The notes under the pieces: generated by a model
What the model was told of the DNA's origin: nothing
The model's input: only the letters and a program-made list of their open reading frames with translations
Database searches by the model: none
Translations under genes and position numbers: made by a program
IMG/VR virus record: IMGVR_UViG_3300048599_000179
Span: 1 to 52,126 of that record
Strand: one strand, 5' to 3'
Source of the DNA: a virus
Lineage: Duplodnaviria; Caudoviricetes
Length of the DNA stretch: 52,126 bases
In this document: positions 42,943 through 52,126 of the stretch, in pieces
Numbering within the stretch: position 1 is the stretch's first letter
Layout: each line of letters opens with the position of its first letter

Positions 42943-43202
42943 CCGTTGGAACTCTCAAGAGCGTGTTACTACAGTGGGCGGCTGGTATTGGTGGCGCCTA
43001 CATGATCGCCGCGATCGCAGCGCCTATCTGGCCTGACGTGATGTTTAGTTCTCCTCCGGATTTATCGGCTTGGGTAATCGCTTCTGTGGTTGCGGCGGGG
43101 GCACTTGTGCCTTTGGCTGCTTGGGTCCGCGAACGCGTTGCCTCAACCCCTTCTGGAGTGCATCCGTCTCAGGGCCATAGCCAGAAGGCGCAGGTCGGCT
43201 AA
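42939..43202 (+). CDS. Two-TM membrane protein
   Basis: Two hydrophobic helices; its 3' part overlaps the end of the ejection gene antisense. Confidence 0.5.
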   Translation: MTVGTLKSVLLQWAAGIGGAYMIAAIAAPIWPDVMFSSPPDLSAWVIASVVAAGALVPLAAWVRERVASTPSGVHPSQGHSQKAQVG

Positions 43203-46200
43203 GAAGCGGCTTGACGCCGAGCGAGCCGAGATGACCAAGCCCCATGCCAAGACCAATGGCGATGCCTGCGCGCTTAAGGGTGTCGTCCCAATTTGTGATC
43301 ACAGTTTCGCGGAGTGATTCCCAAAGTGGGCTTCCGGCCGCAGCGCGAGCGAAGTCCACCTCTTCCGGAGCAAACGCCCCGACCAACGATACGCCAGCGC
43401 CCGCCTCTAGAGCCTCCTTGGTACCGCCTGGACCAGCCGCAATCTTTGCGTCAAACTTCTTGCGGATGCCCTCCGCAGCGGTAGCGAAGCGCTCTCCAGC
43501 CTGCCTATTGCCCTTCGCAAGCGCCTTGTTACCGTTCTCAACGGTAACAAGCCACCTCTGCGTGAGTTCGCCAATCTCCTTGTTGAAGTTCGATATCGCA
43601 CGGGCCTTAAGAAGCCCACCAAGACCTATCGCGATGCTGCCGGTAATGACAGGCACATAGGGCATGATCTCCGCGTATCGCTCACGAGTAGGTGTCGCTG
43701 CGTCCTTCGCCCGCTGCTCCTCCTCGGCCGCCTTCCGCTTCTTTTCAACTTCGATCTGGTATTCTGGGGAGCCGCGCTTCTGCTCCTCTGCAATCAGGCG
43801 ATCAACGCCAGCGAGTTCATTGCTGATCTGACGCACCTTCTCCATTGCAGCCTTGTAATTGGGTCCGCGTCCGGTGCGTTCTTGTGCCTTAGCCTCCGCC
43901 TCGGCTTCGGCGCGACGCTGATCAAGGGACTGCCGCTGAGAATAGAGCTGCGCCAGTGCCCTCGCACTAGCCGCCTTGGGATCAGAAGCTACATCGTCGC
44001 CGGCCTGAGATGTCGCGGACGTAAGCCCGAGCATTCCAGCAGCAGCAGCCGTCGCGCGTGGAGCGTAGGTCAACGCCGATGAAACGCCGCGCACCACCGG
44101 CCCCGCCAGCGTAGCGGCGATCTCCGGCGCATAGTCTTTGGCGGCCTGCCATGCTCCGCCAGCAAAGCCCTGGCGCCCAAATGATGGCGCCTCTGAGAGG
44201 TCTGGGATCGGTGTCCCATCCGGAAACCGCATGACGTTTCCAGCAGAGTCCACGCGGTACCGCTGCTCTGGCTGCGCACTGTCCGCTTCGGGCGCTGGCT
44301 CTGTCTCTTCCGGTCCGCCAAGGCGCATGGGTGGCTGGAACCGAGGATCACGGGGCTGATCAGGCGGAGTCATTGGTCCGCTGTCCTCATCTCCCACGAC
44401 GCCGGGAAGCGATGGTATCGCGCGATCGAGTGCCCTCGTGAATTCCTGGAACCGGCCAGGCCCGATTCCGCGCTGAAGATTTGTGAGGATGCGCGTCTGT
44501 GCGGCAGGGTCAGCTTCGACAAGCCTACGGGCCAGCGCGAGAGCCACGTCTTGGCGGTAAGCAGTTGCACGCGTCAACGCTGCGCCGACCACTTCAAGCA
44601 CTGCGTTTGTTCCACCTCTAAGACCCATCATGACACGAGACAAGGCGTCAGCCGCGAACTCTGCATCATCCTGCTGTCGCTGTGCCGTTGCCGAGTTCCC
44701 AAGAACTCGGTTGCGGGTCTGGCCCATTCGTTCTTGACGTGACAGGTATTCTCCGAAGCGCCCGGAGCGGTCTGAAAACACGCCGTTAGTGCCACGCGCG
44801 TTGGGAATAATCTCACGCAGCAATTCCTGCACACGAGCGGATTGAAACGGCAGCGTTGCGTCGTTGCCAGAACGTCTATCACCAAGAGCGTTTCGAGCAC
44901 TCTCAAGAAATCCCTGCCTAAAATACGTCTGCTGCCCAGGAGTCAAGTTCCGGAACTGCTCTACGGAGATCTCACTATTCTCTCGCAAGGCGGCTCGACC
45001 AAGCTCGATAGCCTCGCGATTTTCTGCGGCAGATCCCCATGCATTGCGCGCCTGCTGATAAAGCACGTTCCGCGTCGGTTCCCCGGCCGCGTTCGGAGCA
45101 TGAACGGCACTGAGCATGTCGTTCTTGAAACCCGTCAGCAGTCTGGCGAGATTGTTCTCCCCGCCTCTGCGAGCGGCTTCGATCATGTCGTCAAGCTCTT
45201 GCTTGGCGGCGTCAAATCTCGCGATGTTGTCAACAGGCTTTCGCTGCGCCGTATAGATGTTGTTCTGCGCGCGAAGGGTAGCCAGGTCTTCCTGACCACG
45301 ACGCATAAGAACGGCGTAACGCTGCGTCAGCCGCTCGCGTGCGCGATCATTTATCGCGAACGCGATCTTCTCTTGCATGTCCTCAGAAAGTCTCTGAAGA
45401 CGCGTCATGAGGGCGAGTTCCGCATCCGCCGCACCGGCCTTCTGCGGCTGCGTGAAGAGATCTACAGCCTTCTGCAAGCGGCCAGCAATTCCAGGCGGAT
45501 ATTCCTGGATTCGCATAGTCATACCGTCGATGACGCCCTGCAAGTCGAACGGCTCTGATGCTGCTCTGGCTTGCTCGTAAAGTTGTTGCCCTTCCCTAGC
45601 CTGATCGGCCGCTATTTGCCGTTCTGTTTGACGCGCGCTGCCACTTGTCCTGAGCTGAAGCGCCCGAGAAAGCGCGTCGTCAATTTGACTGCGCTGCCCG
45701 GTATCTCCGGTCGCGAACCTACTGATCTGGTTCGGCTCGCCGCGCTGGCGTGTTTCGAGCGCCCTGCGAACAGTTTCTCCAGCTTCGGCACCCTGCCGGT
45801 AGACACTCCCCGTCAATCTCTGCAAGGAGTCGGACGTATCCGCGATCATTTCCGGGAGTTGCGCCTGGCTATTTCCCCCGAAGCGCGCGGCGTCCTGCCC
45901 TGCCTGCAACTCAGCCTGCACGGCCTGAGGTGTTGTTCCGCTTCTCTCAATACGCTGCCGAATGATGTCATCCGCGATAGCATCCGCATTGCGGCCTGGG
46001 AGGCGCGCCGCGATCTGCGGTCCAGCAGTGCGAACAGCATTGTAGGCGCCGCTGGAAGCCGTGGCAGCCAATGGCAATCCAACACCCATCACCCCACCAA
46101 CCTTGGCATAATCTCCAGCAGTGCCCAGGCGTTCACCAAATCCGCCTTCACCTTCAGCAAAACCGTGACCGAATCCATAAGCGGCGCCAGTAGTACCTCC

Positions 46201-46680
46201 CGCAGCCACACGTCCGAGCGTCGTTGTCGCATTGATGACTGGCGTCAGCGGGGCCATCGCCACACCACCCGCAAGCTTCGTCACCGTGTTTGCAACGGGA
46301 TTTTCCGCATCAGAACGGCGGTGCTTTGCGCGTTCGTACGCGAGAGCGTCCTCATAAGGCTCTCCGACCATTCCGCCTGTAAGCCAGTTTGCTCCAGCAG
46401 AGACGCCGGCTTTCGCTTCGTCTACAAACCCTCCGAGAAGGGGCACGCCACGGATAGCAGTCTCCGCAGCGCCGGGAGAATTCAGAGCGTCGAATGCCGG
46501 GTTCTCTGCTCGTTCTCGGGCAAGTCGTTGCTCTGCCCGTTTACGTCTCTCTGCGTCCTGCGCTTGCTCACCGCTCATCGCTGGAGCGCTTGGATCGACA
46601 AGCTCAAACCCAGGAGGCAACGGTGGCGGAGAAAAAGCGCTTGGAACGATCTCAAACCCAGGCGGTGGCTTAGGCGTCAT
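43045..46680 (-). CDS. Large internal virion / DNA ejection protein
   Basis: About 1211 aa with PPPGFE repeats, G/A-rich hydrophobic segments and helical content; third gene of the ejection trio. Confidence 0.75.
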   Translation of the reverse strand: MTPKPPPGFEIVPSAFSPPPLPPGFELVDPSAPAMSGEQAQDAERRKRAEQRLARERAENPAFDALNSPGAAETAIRGVPLLGGFVDEAKAGVSAGANWLTGGMVGEPYEDALAYERAKHRRSDAENPVANTVTKLAGGVAMAPLTPVINATTTLGRVAAGGTTGAAYGFGHGFAEGEGGFGERLGTAGDYAKVGGVMGVGLPLAATASSGAYNAVRTAGPQIAARLPGRNADAIADDIIRQRIERSGTTPQAVQAELQAGQDAARFGGNSQAQLPEMIADTSDSLQRLTGSVYRQGAEAGETVRRALETRQRGEPNQISRFATGDTGQRSQIDDALSRALQLRTSGSARQTERQIAADQAREGQQLYEQARAASEPFDLQGVIDGMTMRIQEYPPGIAGRLQKAVDLFTQPQKAGAADAELALMTRLQRLSEDMQEKIAFAINDRARERLTQRYAVLMRRGQEDLATLRAQNNIYTAQRKPVDNIARFDAAKQELDDMIEAARRGGENNLARLLTGFKNDMLSAVHAPNAAGEPTRNVLYQQARNAWGSAAENREAIELGRAALRENSEISVEQFRNLTPGQQTYFRQGFLESARNALGDRRSGNDATLPFQSARVQELLREIIPNARGTNGVFSDRSGRFGEYLSRQERMGQTRNRVLGNSATAQRQQDDAEFAADALSRVMMGLRGGTNAVLEVVGAALTRATAYRQDVALALARRLVEADPAAQTRILTNLQRGIGPGRFQEFTRALDRAIPSLPGVVGDEDSGPMTPPDQPRDPRFQPPMRLGGPEETEPAPEADSAQPEQRYRVDSAGNVMRFPDGTPIPDLSEAPSFGRQGFAGGAWQAAKDYAPEIAATLAGPVVRGVSSALTYAPRATAAAAGMLGLTSATSQAGDDVASDPKAASARALAQLYSQRQSLDQRRAEAEAEAKAQERTGRGPNYKAAMEKVRQISNELAGVDRLIAEEQKRGSPEYQIEVEKKRKAAEEEQRAKDAATPTRERYAEIMPYVPVITGSIAIGLGGLLKARAISNFNKEIGELTQRWLVTVENGNKALAKGNRQAGERFATAAEGIRKKFDAKIAAGPGGTKEALEAGAGVSLVGAFAPEEVDFARAAAGSPLWESLRETVITNWDDTLKRAGIAIGLGMGLGHLGSLGVKPLLSRPAPSGYGPETDALQKGLRQRVRGPKQPKAQVPPPQPQKRLPKPINPEEN

Positions 46681-47780
46681 TGTACGGGAACCCACTGCTG
46701 TCCGTTCCACTCAATCTGCTCACCCGTTTGCGGATTCTTGGCGCGGATCGGAGCCCCCCCAAGACCAGACGGGGCCGGTTGCGGTCCAGTGGCGGACTGC
46801 GGCTTGTAGAACGTTCCTCCGCGAAGCTGCGCCGCGCGATCCTCATTGAACTGAAGCCGCTTTACAGCTGCCGCCCGCGCTCGCGCGTAGATCTGCTCTC
46901 GCACTTTTGCTGGCTGGTTGGCGGAGCCCTGCAATTCGAGCAGAATCTTGCGCTCACCTTCCGTTGGCGCGGCACCGAAGATCGCCTTAAGCTGAGAAAG
47001 AGCGTTTCCGACAACGGCATTGTCGAGGTTCGATGTCGCTTCAGCCTGCGGCGTATTACCGGGCCAGAGATTGTTCGCCAGCCATGCCCTCTGGCTGGCA
47101 AGCATACCGTCATAGGCTTGCGGGCTAAGTCGATTCGCTTCATCGAGCGCGTTGATGGCGCCCTGATTTACGGACACCATCTCATCGGCCTCTAGAATAG
47201 CCTTCTTGTCCGTTGCGGTTAGGGCCTGCTGATCCTCACGCGGCATCTTTCCGGTGAGAATGAACGCTCTTCCGGCGTCGCTGTTTGGATCGAGGCCATA
47301 CGCTCTTGCAGCAGCTTCCCTTTGCGAAAAATCAACGCCATTGCCAGTCTTGGAGAGCTTTTCTCGTTCCAGGGCACGCTGCTGCTGCCTGTACGTCTGC
47401 TCAGCATCGAACTTCTTCTGGTCAAACTCTCGGGTATGCCGCCTGTCGGCTTCCTGGCTTCCGAGCTTCAGGAAATCGACTCCCGAGTTTGGATCGAGCG
47501 CCAACAGCCTCTCAGACATTGCGTTGTAATCGAGGTTACCCTGTGCGTCTCTCGGGACGCCCTGAGCAAAAGCCTGTCTCACCTGGCCCTGCCTGTCTCG
47601 CTCGGCTTTCGCTGCTGCCTGCTGCTCTTGGAACGCATCGCGCTTCATGCGGTCGTTCTGGGCGCCAGAATAGGAATCGTATAGCTGACCGATCTTGCTG
47701 AAATCGATCTGTGCGGGCGCAAACGCGTTGTTCGCGTGCGTTTGAGACGATGGAAACGAAAAGTTCGGAAAGGCGGGCAT
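46677..47780 (-). CDS. Internal virion / ejection protein
   Basis: Q/A-rich helical protein with LK..FG..PTEGER and a C-terminal NPQTGE...WNG.QW. Confidence 0.7.
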   Translation of the reverse strand: MPAFPNFSFPSSQTHANNAFAPAQIDFSKIGQLYDSYSGAQNDRMKRDAFQEQQAAAKAERDRQGQVRQAFAQGVPRDAQGNLDYNAMSERLLALDPNSGVDFLKLGSQEADRRHTREFDQKKFDAEQTYRQQQRALEREKLSKTGNGVDFSQREAAARAYGLDPNSDAGRAFILTGKMPREDQQALTATDKKAILEADEMVSVNQGAINALDEANRLSPQAYDGMLASQRAWLANNLWPGNTPQAEATSNLDNAVVGNALSQLKAIFGAAPTEGERKILLELQGSANQPAKVREQIYARARAAAVKRLQFNEDRAAQLRGGTFYKPQSATGPQPAPSGLGGAPIRAKNPQTGEQIEWNGQQWVPVQ

Positions 47781-47798
47781 GTGCTTGGTGTCCCCTGC

Positions 47799-48503
47799 TT
47801 ATGCCGCTTTTGTGGGCGTCTTGTAGGAGCCGTAAAATTTCGCGGCCAGATCACCGACGCCCATGATCGCGTTCCACACGTTTCCGCTCGCTGCCTGCTT
47901 AGCAGCGTTGATGTCGGCGTAAAGCTGAGAGTTCGAGTTGCCGACTGCCTGTTCCGTGCCATGAGCAAGACCGGCCTTGGCAGCGTTGTGGCCGTATTCC
48001 AAATCTCCGAGGCCTGCGGTATACCCCGCCTGCGATGTCGAAGCCTGGAGGCCTTGTCCTGACGCTCTATACAGGTTGTCGAGATATTGCTGGAACTGCT
48101 GATCCGCCATTCCCTGAGCGCGGTCGGCAATGCCGATCATTGTGTTTCCGGAGCCGAGCATCCCGAGCGAGGACGCATTCCGCTTCGCGGCCTCCGTCGC
48201 TTGGTTGACAGCGAAGTCATAGCCAGGATTGGTGCGGAAGTTCGTGACCGCACGGTCATAGCCTTCCTGACCATTGAGCCCGATGGCATCACCGTAGGCG
48301 CCCGTCGCCTGTCCGCCCGTCTGCGTGTACTGGTCGAACAGATTGATCGCCTTCTCATACTGTGGCTTGGCCGCAGAGAGACCCTGGTCCATGTAGCCGA
48401 AGGCGCGATCCTCTCCGGTCCTGAGACCAGAGACGCGCGACTTGTTGGCAGCGATTGCCGCATCCTTGCCGCTGCTGGACGAAAACGCGTCGAAGAGCCC
48501 CAT
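47799..48503 (-). CDS. DNA transfer (pilot) protein
   Basis: F..NPGY.F...Q.....A...G.L.SG motif typical of P22 gp7-like ejection proteins. Confidence 0.75.
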   Translation of the reverse strand: MGLFDAFSSSSGKDAAIAANKSRVSGLRTGEDRAFGYMDQGLSAAKPQYEKAINLFDQYTQTGGQATGAYGDAIGLNGQEGYDRAVTNFRTNPGYDFAVNQATEAAKRNASSLGMLGSGNTMIGIADRAQGMADQQFQQYLDNLYRASGQGLQASTSQAGYTAGLGDLEYGHNAAKAGLAHGTEQAVGNSNSQLYADINAAKQAASGNVWNAIMGVGDLAAKFYGSYKTPTKAA

Positions 48504-48517
48504 TTCCTCTATCTCCG

Positions 48518-49444
48518 TCAGGAAATCACATAGGCGCGAGACCGGCCGCGCCGCACCGTGTACGTGATGATGATCAATCCTTGAGCGCCGTTGCCGCCGA
48601 GTAGAGGAATGCCCTCCTTACCGCCGCCGCCGCCGCCACCACCGTATTGTCCGCCGTTACCGCCATAGGAGCCGAGAATGCCAGCGCCTCCGCCGCCACC
48701 TCCTCCCGAGCCAGCGGTGCCATATTCCGCACCAGCGCCGCCGTGACCGCCACGACTGGACGAACCACTACCGCCACCACCGCCGCCGTCAGATCCGTCT
48801 CCACTTTCTCCGCCGCCGCCGACTGCATTCGGGCCATGACCACCAGGAGCACCGATACCGGCTGTTGCCGATCCACCCGTGCCGCCACCGTTGGCGCCAC
48901 CGCCTCCAGAGCCCGCACCTGTCTGACCCGTAGAGCCGCCGCTTGCGCCTGCCCCGTCCGGTCCCGCTGCGCCACCACCGCCACCACCGCCACGCTGCGA
49001 GATGTTCGAAGACCCGCCAGGACCGCCGTTACCACCCGACCGCCGAACATCACCAATGCCAGATGACGCCTGCCCACCGGCACCGCCTGCTGTGAGCCGC
49101 CCGCCACCCTGGCCGCCTTTTGCAAGGCATCCTTCGCTGGCATCGGTAGGCTGAGAGCCCGTGATGCTAGCCCACGTATCGCCGCCGTTCGAACCCGTAG
49201 ATGTCGATCCAGCACCGCCCGATCCAACATTGAGCGTGAGCGCTCCATTCCCGAGCGTAAGAGCGTTGGTGACTGAGTAAGCGCCCGCGCCGCCGCCGCG
49301 CCCTGCGTCCCCGTCCGCTCCGGAGGCGCTACCACCTCCCCCACCGCCTCCGATGCACTCGACCGTGATCGGTACACCAGGATGGTAGTCGTCAGGCTTG
49401 ACCCACGTTCCCGAGGACGTGATGAGAACGCGCTGCGTGGCCAT
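48518..49444 (-). CDS. Glycine-rich virion protein
   Basis: SGTW..P...VECIGGGGGG...GNGAQG.IIITY. Confidence 0.75.
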   Translation of the reverse strand: MATQRVLITSSGTWVKPDDYHPGVPITVECIGGGGGGGSASGADGDAGRGGGAGAYSVTNALTLGNGALTLNVGSGGAGSTSTGSNGGDTWASITGSQPTDASEGCLAKGGQGGGRLTAGGAGGQASSGIGDVRRSGGNGGPGGSSNISQRGGGGGGGAAGPDGAGASGGSTGQTGAGSGGGGANGGGTGGSATAGIGAPGGHGPNAVGGGGESGDGSDGGGGGGSGSSSRGGHGGAGAEYGTAGSGGGGGGGAGILGSYGGNGGQYGGGGGGGGKEGIPLLGGNGAQGLIIITYTVRRGRSRAYVIS

Positions 49445-49938
49445 CAGGTTTTGTTGATCGCCAGACTGATGACGACGTGTTCTATGTCCGTCACGCTATC
49501 GACGTTGAAGTAGAGAACGTCGCCAGCCGTGACAGTCTTGGTCCAGCCCGATAGGGTCGTGTCTTCGCTCTTGTTGCTCGACGCAATCGTGACGGGCGCC
49601 GACGCCGTGATGCTGTCGGCATTGGTCGGCGGGTAATTTGCGTAGCTGTCTTTCCAGATGTCAACGACGACGCTGCCAGTCTGATCTGCAAGCGCGGTGA
49701 CCGATGCGATCTCTCCGTTGAACGGAACCTGAACCCACGTCTTGATGCCGGTTTCAATTTCGGCTCCGCCACCGTCGATGTCCGCTACAATCGCGAACGA
49801 ACCGGCCGGGGCTTTGAGAAGAGCGGCTACAGCCTTGTCCAGGCTATCCCAGTAGTCTCGCCACGGTGGTGTGCCTTGTCTCCGCTCCAGGTCCACAACC
49901 TGGATGTGAGGCTGCGGGAAAGGGCGGAGGTTGGCCAT
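49444..49938 (-). CDS. Virion protein (tail-associated)
   Basis: DGGG..I.TG...VPF...AD..GS.VVDIW...W......GD.L.FNV. Confidence 0.7.
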   Translation of the reverse strand: MANLRPFPQPHIQVVDLERRQGTPPWRDYWDSLDKAVAALLKAPAGSFAIVADIDGGGAEIETGIKTWVQVPFNGEIASVTALADQTGSVVVDIWKDSYANYPPTNADSITASAPVTIASSNKSEDTTLSGWTKTVTAGDVLYFNVDSVTDIEHVVISLAINKT

Positions 49939-49941
49939 GGA

Positions 49942-50328
49942 TCAGTAATTGCCAGACCGAAGGCGCCGTGCCGTATCGGCCTCTGACTGCGGCGGGGCCT
50001 CCGGCATCTGACTGAAACGGTTCGAAGCAAGAGCGTGGAGGGTCGCATCACCGACGCCACTCAGAGCCCGCCCGAGGTTGAGACCGGCGATGCCATACCC
50101 AGGGATATACGAAAGACCGCCAGTGGCCGGCGCGAGTGCCGCCCCGGCAGCACCAGCGCCGATGCCGTACAATGCGTCAATTCCAGCTTGGTTGAACTTC
50201 CGTTCAGCACGGCGGTCGAGATAGCCCGGTATCCCTCCTGGGCCAGTGCCATCCTCAAGCTGACCGCCCTGCGCGGATTCCAGCGCCATCAATCGTGCAG
50301 CCGCTTCCGCAGCATTGAAATCAGCCAT
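49942..50328 (-). CDS. Hypothetical protein with a glycine-zipper segment
   Basis: MADFNAAEAA...GAGAAGAALAPATGGLS. Confidence 0.55.
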   Translation of the reverse strand: MADFNAAEAAARLMALESAQGGQLEDGTGPGGIPGYLDRRAERKFNQAGIDALYGIGAGAAGAALAPATGGLSYIPGYGIAGLNLGRALSGVGDATLHALASNRFSQMPEAPPQSEADTARRLRSGNY

Positions 50329-50332
50329 TCTT

Positions 50333-51772
50333 CTATCCCCTAACTTCTTCCGACTGCACCGCTCCGAAGAACACCACGTCAACAGGATCGGCTACCTCGA
50401 TCCGCCAGCGACGGCCTGCGGCTTTCGTCATGCCGGTGTTGCGGACTATGACCTGCTTGGCGGCTTTCTGCTGTCGCCCGAGGCCTCTGAGAAGAGGCTT
50501 CGACCACATCACCCCGCCGTCATTCGACCATGAGATGTTGACGGTCGGCTCCGTCTGGACCGGATCGCTGCCGGTCGCGATACCGACACCCGTCGCGAAG
50601 TCGAAGTCAGCCCGAGACACCTGCGTGTAGGCTGGGAACTTCTTGACCTCGCCGCTTTCCATGACAAACGGGAACGGCTCCCCGTCCTCCGTGTGAACTC
50701 CGAACGCGATCTCTAGGAGATTTCCGGAAAGAACATCCCCGCAAAGCCACTTCGACACGCCGGGGAACGAACCGCCGATAGGGAAGGCCTGGGTGATCCG
50801 AGACCGCTTCTGAAGATAGCTCGCGCGCTCTGTCCATTTCTCGGTGTTGAAGTCGAACACCCATGTCCAGTCTGGACACGAGAGCTGCCAGAACTTGTGC
50901 CCACCCGATGTGTAGACGCAGGCTTCGAGGACAGTCTTGTCGCCAAGAGCCTCTATGAGCCGGTCAAGAACAGGAGGAGAGACCTTGGTCGGCGTGTAGC
51001 CATCGAGGCGACGAACCGTGCTGTCATCGGCCACCCACATCAGCGCTTCCGAGAACTCGTCAGTTCCTCCTGCAATGGCGTGCTGAGATACGAGACCGGC
51101 CGGGATGGTGTGAGACCACGAGAACGGGAATCCTTCGGCGTTTCCGCTGTTCTGCCAGACCTCGATGGACCGAGCTCCGCACAGGAGCATGTAGCCGCGA
51201 AACGGGACTGGACGCAGGAGCCCGTCCGGATGCTGCTCAGCCGTCGCAACGTCTACAGGATTGATGTCCGTCGTGTTGATGCCAGAGGTCCGGCACTTCC
51301 CATCGCCATAGGTGAAAAAGAAGTACCCAGCGAGAAATGCGACTGCGTTCGGAGAACCTACGTCAACATCAGGATACCCGCTCACACCAACGCTCGTGAT
51401 CACGAACGGACCGGCCGATCCGACAGCGACAATATCAGGGTTAGAGTTGTTGTTACGCGCAAAGAACAGCTTGTCCGACCCCGACAGCGTGTCGTGCGTA
51501 GCCACCATCCAAGCCAGGCCGTCGCTCGTCGCACCTTGCTCAATCGAGACAATTACATCCTCGAACCCAGCGTACACGACGCCTGGCATTGAGATGGCGC
51601 CACGGAACACGGATTCATTCGTCTCGACAAACCGGCGAAGGCCGGGTGCCCGTTTCCAGCAGGGACCTGCATTCTCCCCACGGGGCTCGACAAACCCGTT
51701 GATGATGCGTCCGGACGATTCTTGCGGGCGTTCTGCCGGGGAGGTCGAGAGAGGCCAGGGGATCGTCGCCAT
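50333..51772 (-). CDS. Packaged-DNA stabilization protein (P22 gp10-like)
   Basis: PGL, G.F, A.AE..PD, S.EVW, TWVFD.....W.ER, SWSNDGG..W and R.LG motifs. Confidence 0.85.
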   Translation of the reverse strand: MATIPWPLSTSPAERPQESSGRIINGFVEPRGENAGPCWKRAPGLRRFVETNESVFRGAISMPGVVYAGFEDVIVSIEQGATSDGLAWMVATHDTLSGSDKLFFARNNNSNPDIVAVGSAGPFVITSVGVSGYPDVDVGSPNAVAFLAGYFFFTYGDGKCRTSGINTTDINPVDVATAEQHPDGLLRPVPFRGYMLLCGARSIEVWQNSGNAEGFPFSWSHTIPAGLVSQHAIAGGTDEFSEALMWVADDSTVRRLDGYTPTKVSPPVLDRLIEALGDKTVLEACVYTSGGHKFWQLSCPDWTWVFDFNTEKWTERASYLQKRSRITQAFPIGGSFPGVSKWLCGDVLSGNLLEIAFGVHTEDGEPFPFVMESGEVKKFPAYTQVSRADFDFATGVGIATGSDPVQTEPTVNISWSNDGGVMWSKPLLRGLGRQQKAAKQVIVRNTGMTKAAGRRWRIEVADPVDVVFFGAVQSEEVRG

Positions 51773-52122
51773 CAGATATATGCCGTCTTGAGAGTGGCGT
51801 ATGTCGGCCCCTGAGCACTCTTGATCAGAAGGCTGTTCTCTGCTGCCGCGCCGGTTGCCGCCAGACGCGGATCGTTGGCCATCCCGAACGCTTCCCGGCT
51901 GTTGTTAGCCAGCACCTTCGCAAGGTCGTCGAAGATCTGCGTGTCGAACTCGTCGTAGTCCGGGATGTAGATCACATCCCGAGCGCGGAGGTCGTCAATC
52001 GTCGTCTCTACAAAGCCGTTTACGCGGGCCAAGTCTTCGGTTTCAGCCGTCTGTCCAGCCGCAAGAACCGTGAGCACTTCGAGCGCGCGATCACAGAGGT
52101 CACGCCGCGATTTCAGACCCAT
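51772..52122 (-). CDS. Head-to-tail adaptor (P22 gp4-like)
   Basis: DL..RAL..L.VL..GQ...ED; upstream of the gp10-like gene. Confidence 0.7.
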   Translation of the reverse strand: MGLKSRRDLCDRALEVLTVLAAGQTAETEDLARVNGFVETTIDDLRARDVIYIPDYDEFDTQIFDDLAKVLANNSREAFGMANDPRLAATGAAAENSLLIKSAQGPTYATLKTAYI

Positions 52123-52126
52123 CCTC

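Noticed and set aside
48518-49444. Nucleotide repeat array
   Set aside because: Low complexity is explained by poly-glycine coding.

Overview
The window is a near-complete (~52 kb, ~60% GC by eye), circularly permuted genome of a temperate podovirus of Alphaproteobacteria with a P22-like virion module. The host is probably a Hyphomicrobiaceae member, inferred from the porin N-terminus and a GcrA homologue. It opens inside the capsid scaffold gene and ends at the head-tail adaptor gene, so the major capsid gene probably lies just outside the window. Order: scaffold, portal, TerL and TerS (-); a ~650-nt highly structured late leader; a moron region; a late regulator, a standalone GGQ release-factor domain, PcfJ, DnaB, Rep with iterons, GcrA and a porin (-); Cro/CI with TGTA-N7-TACA operators; an early + arm with RecT, DUF968, an array of small genes joined by repeated stop/RBS/start boundary sequences, a DNA methyltransferase, xis, tyrosine integrase, HNH and an intact attP (3' half of tRNA-Cys); then lysis (GH19 endolysin, spanins), SASA esterase, tail, ejection and gp10/gp4-like genes (-). 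The most notable signals are the cassette-like gene array with shared junction repeats next to RecT, the minimal GGQ peptidyl-tRNA hydrolase gene flanked by direct repeats, three large structured RNA regions, and a host-type porin in the early operon. Product calls come from motifs and synteny only; no database searches were run.
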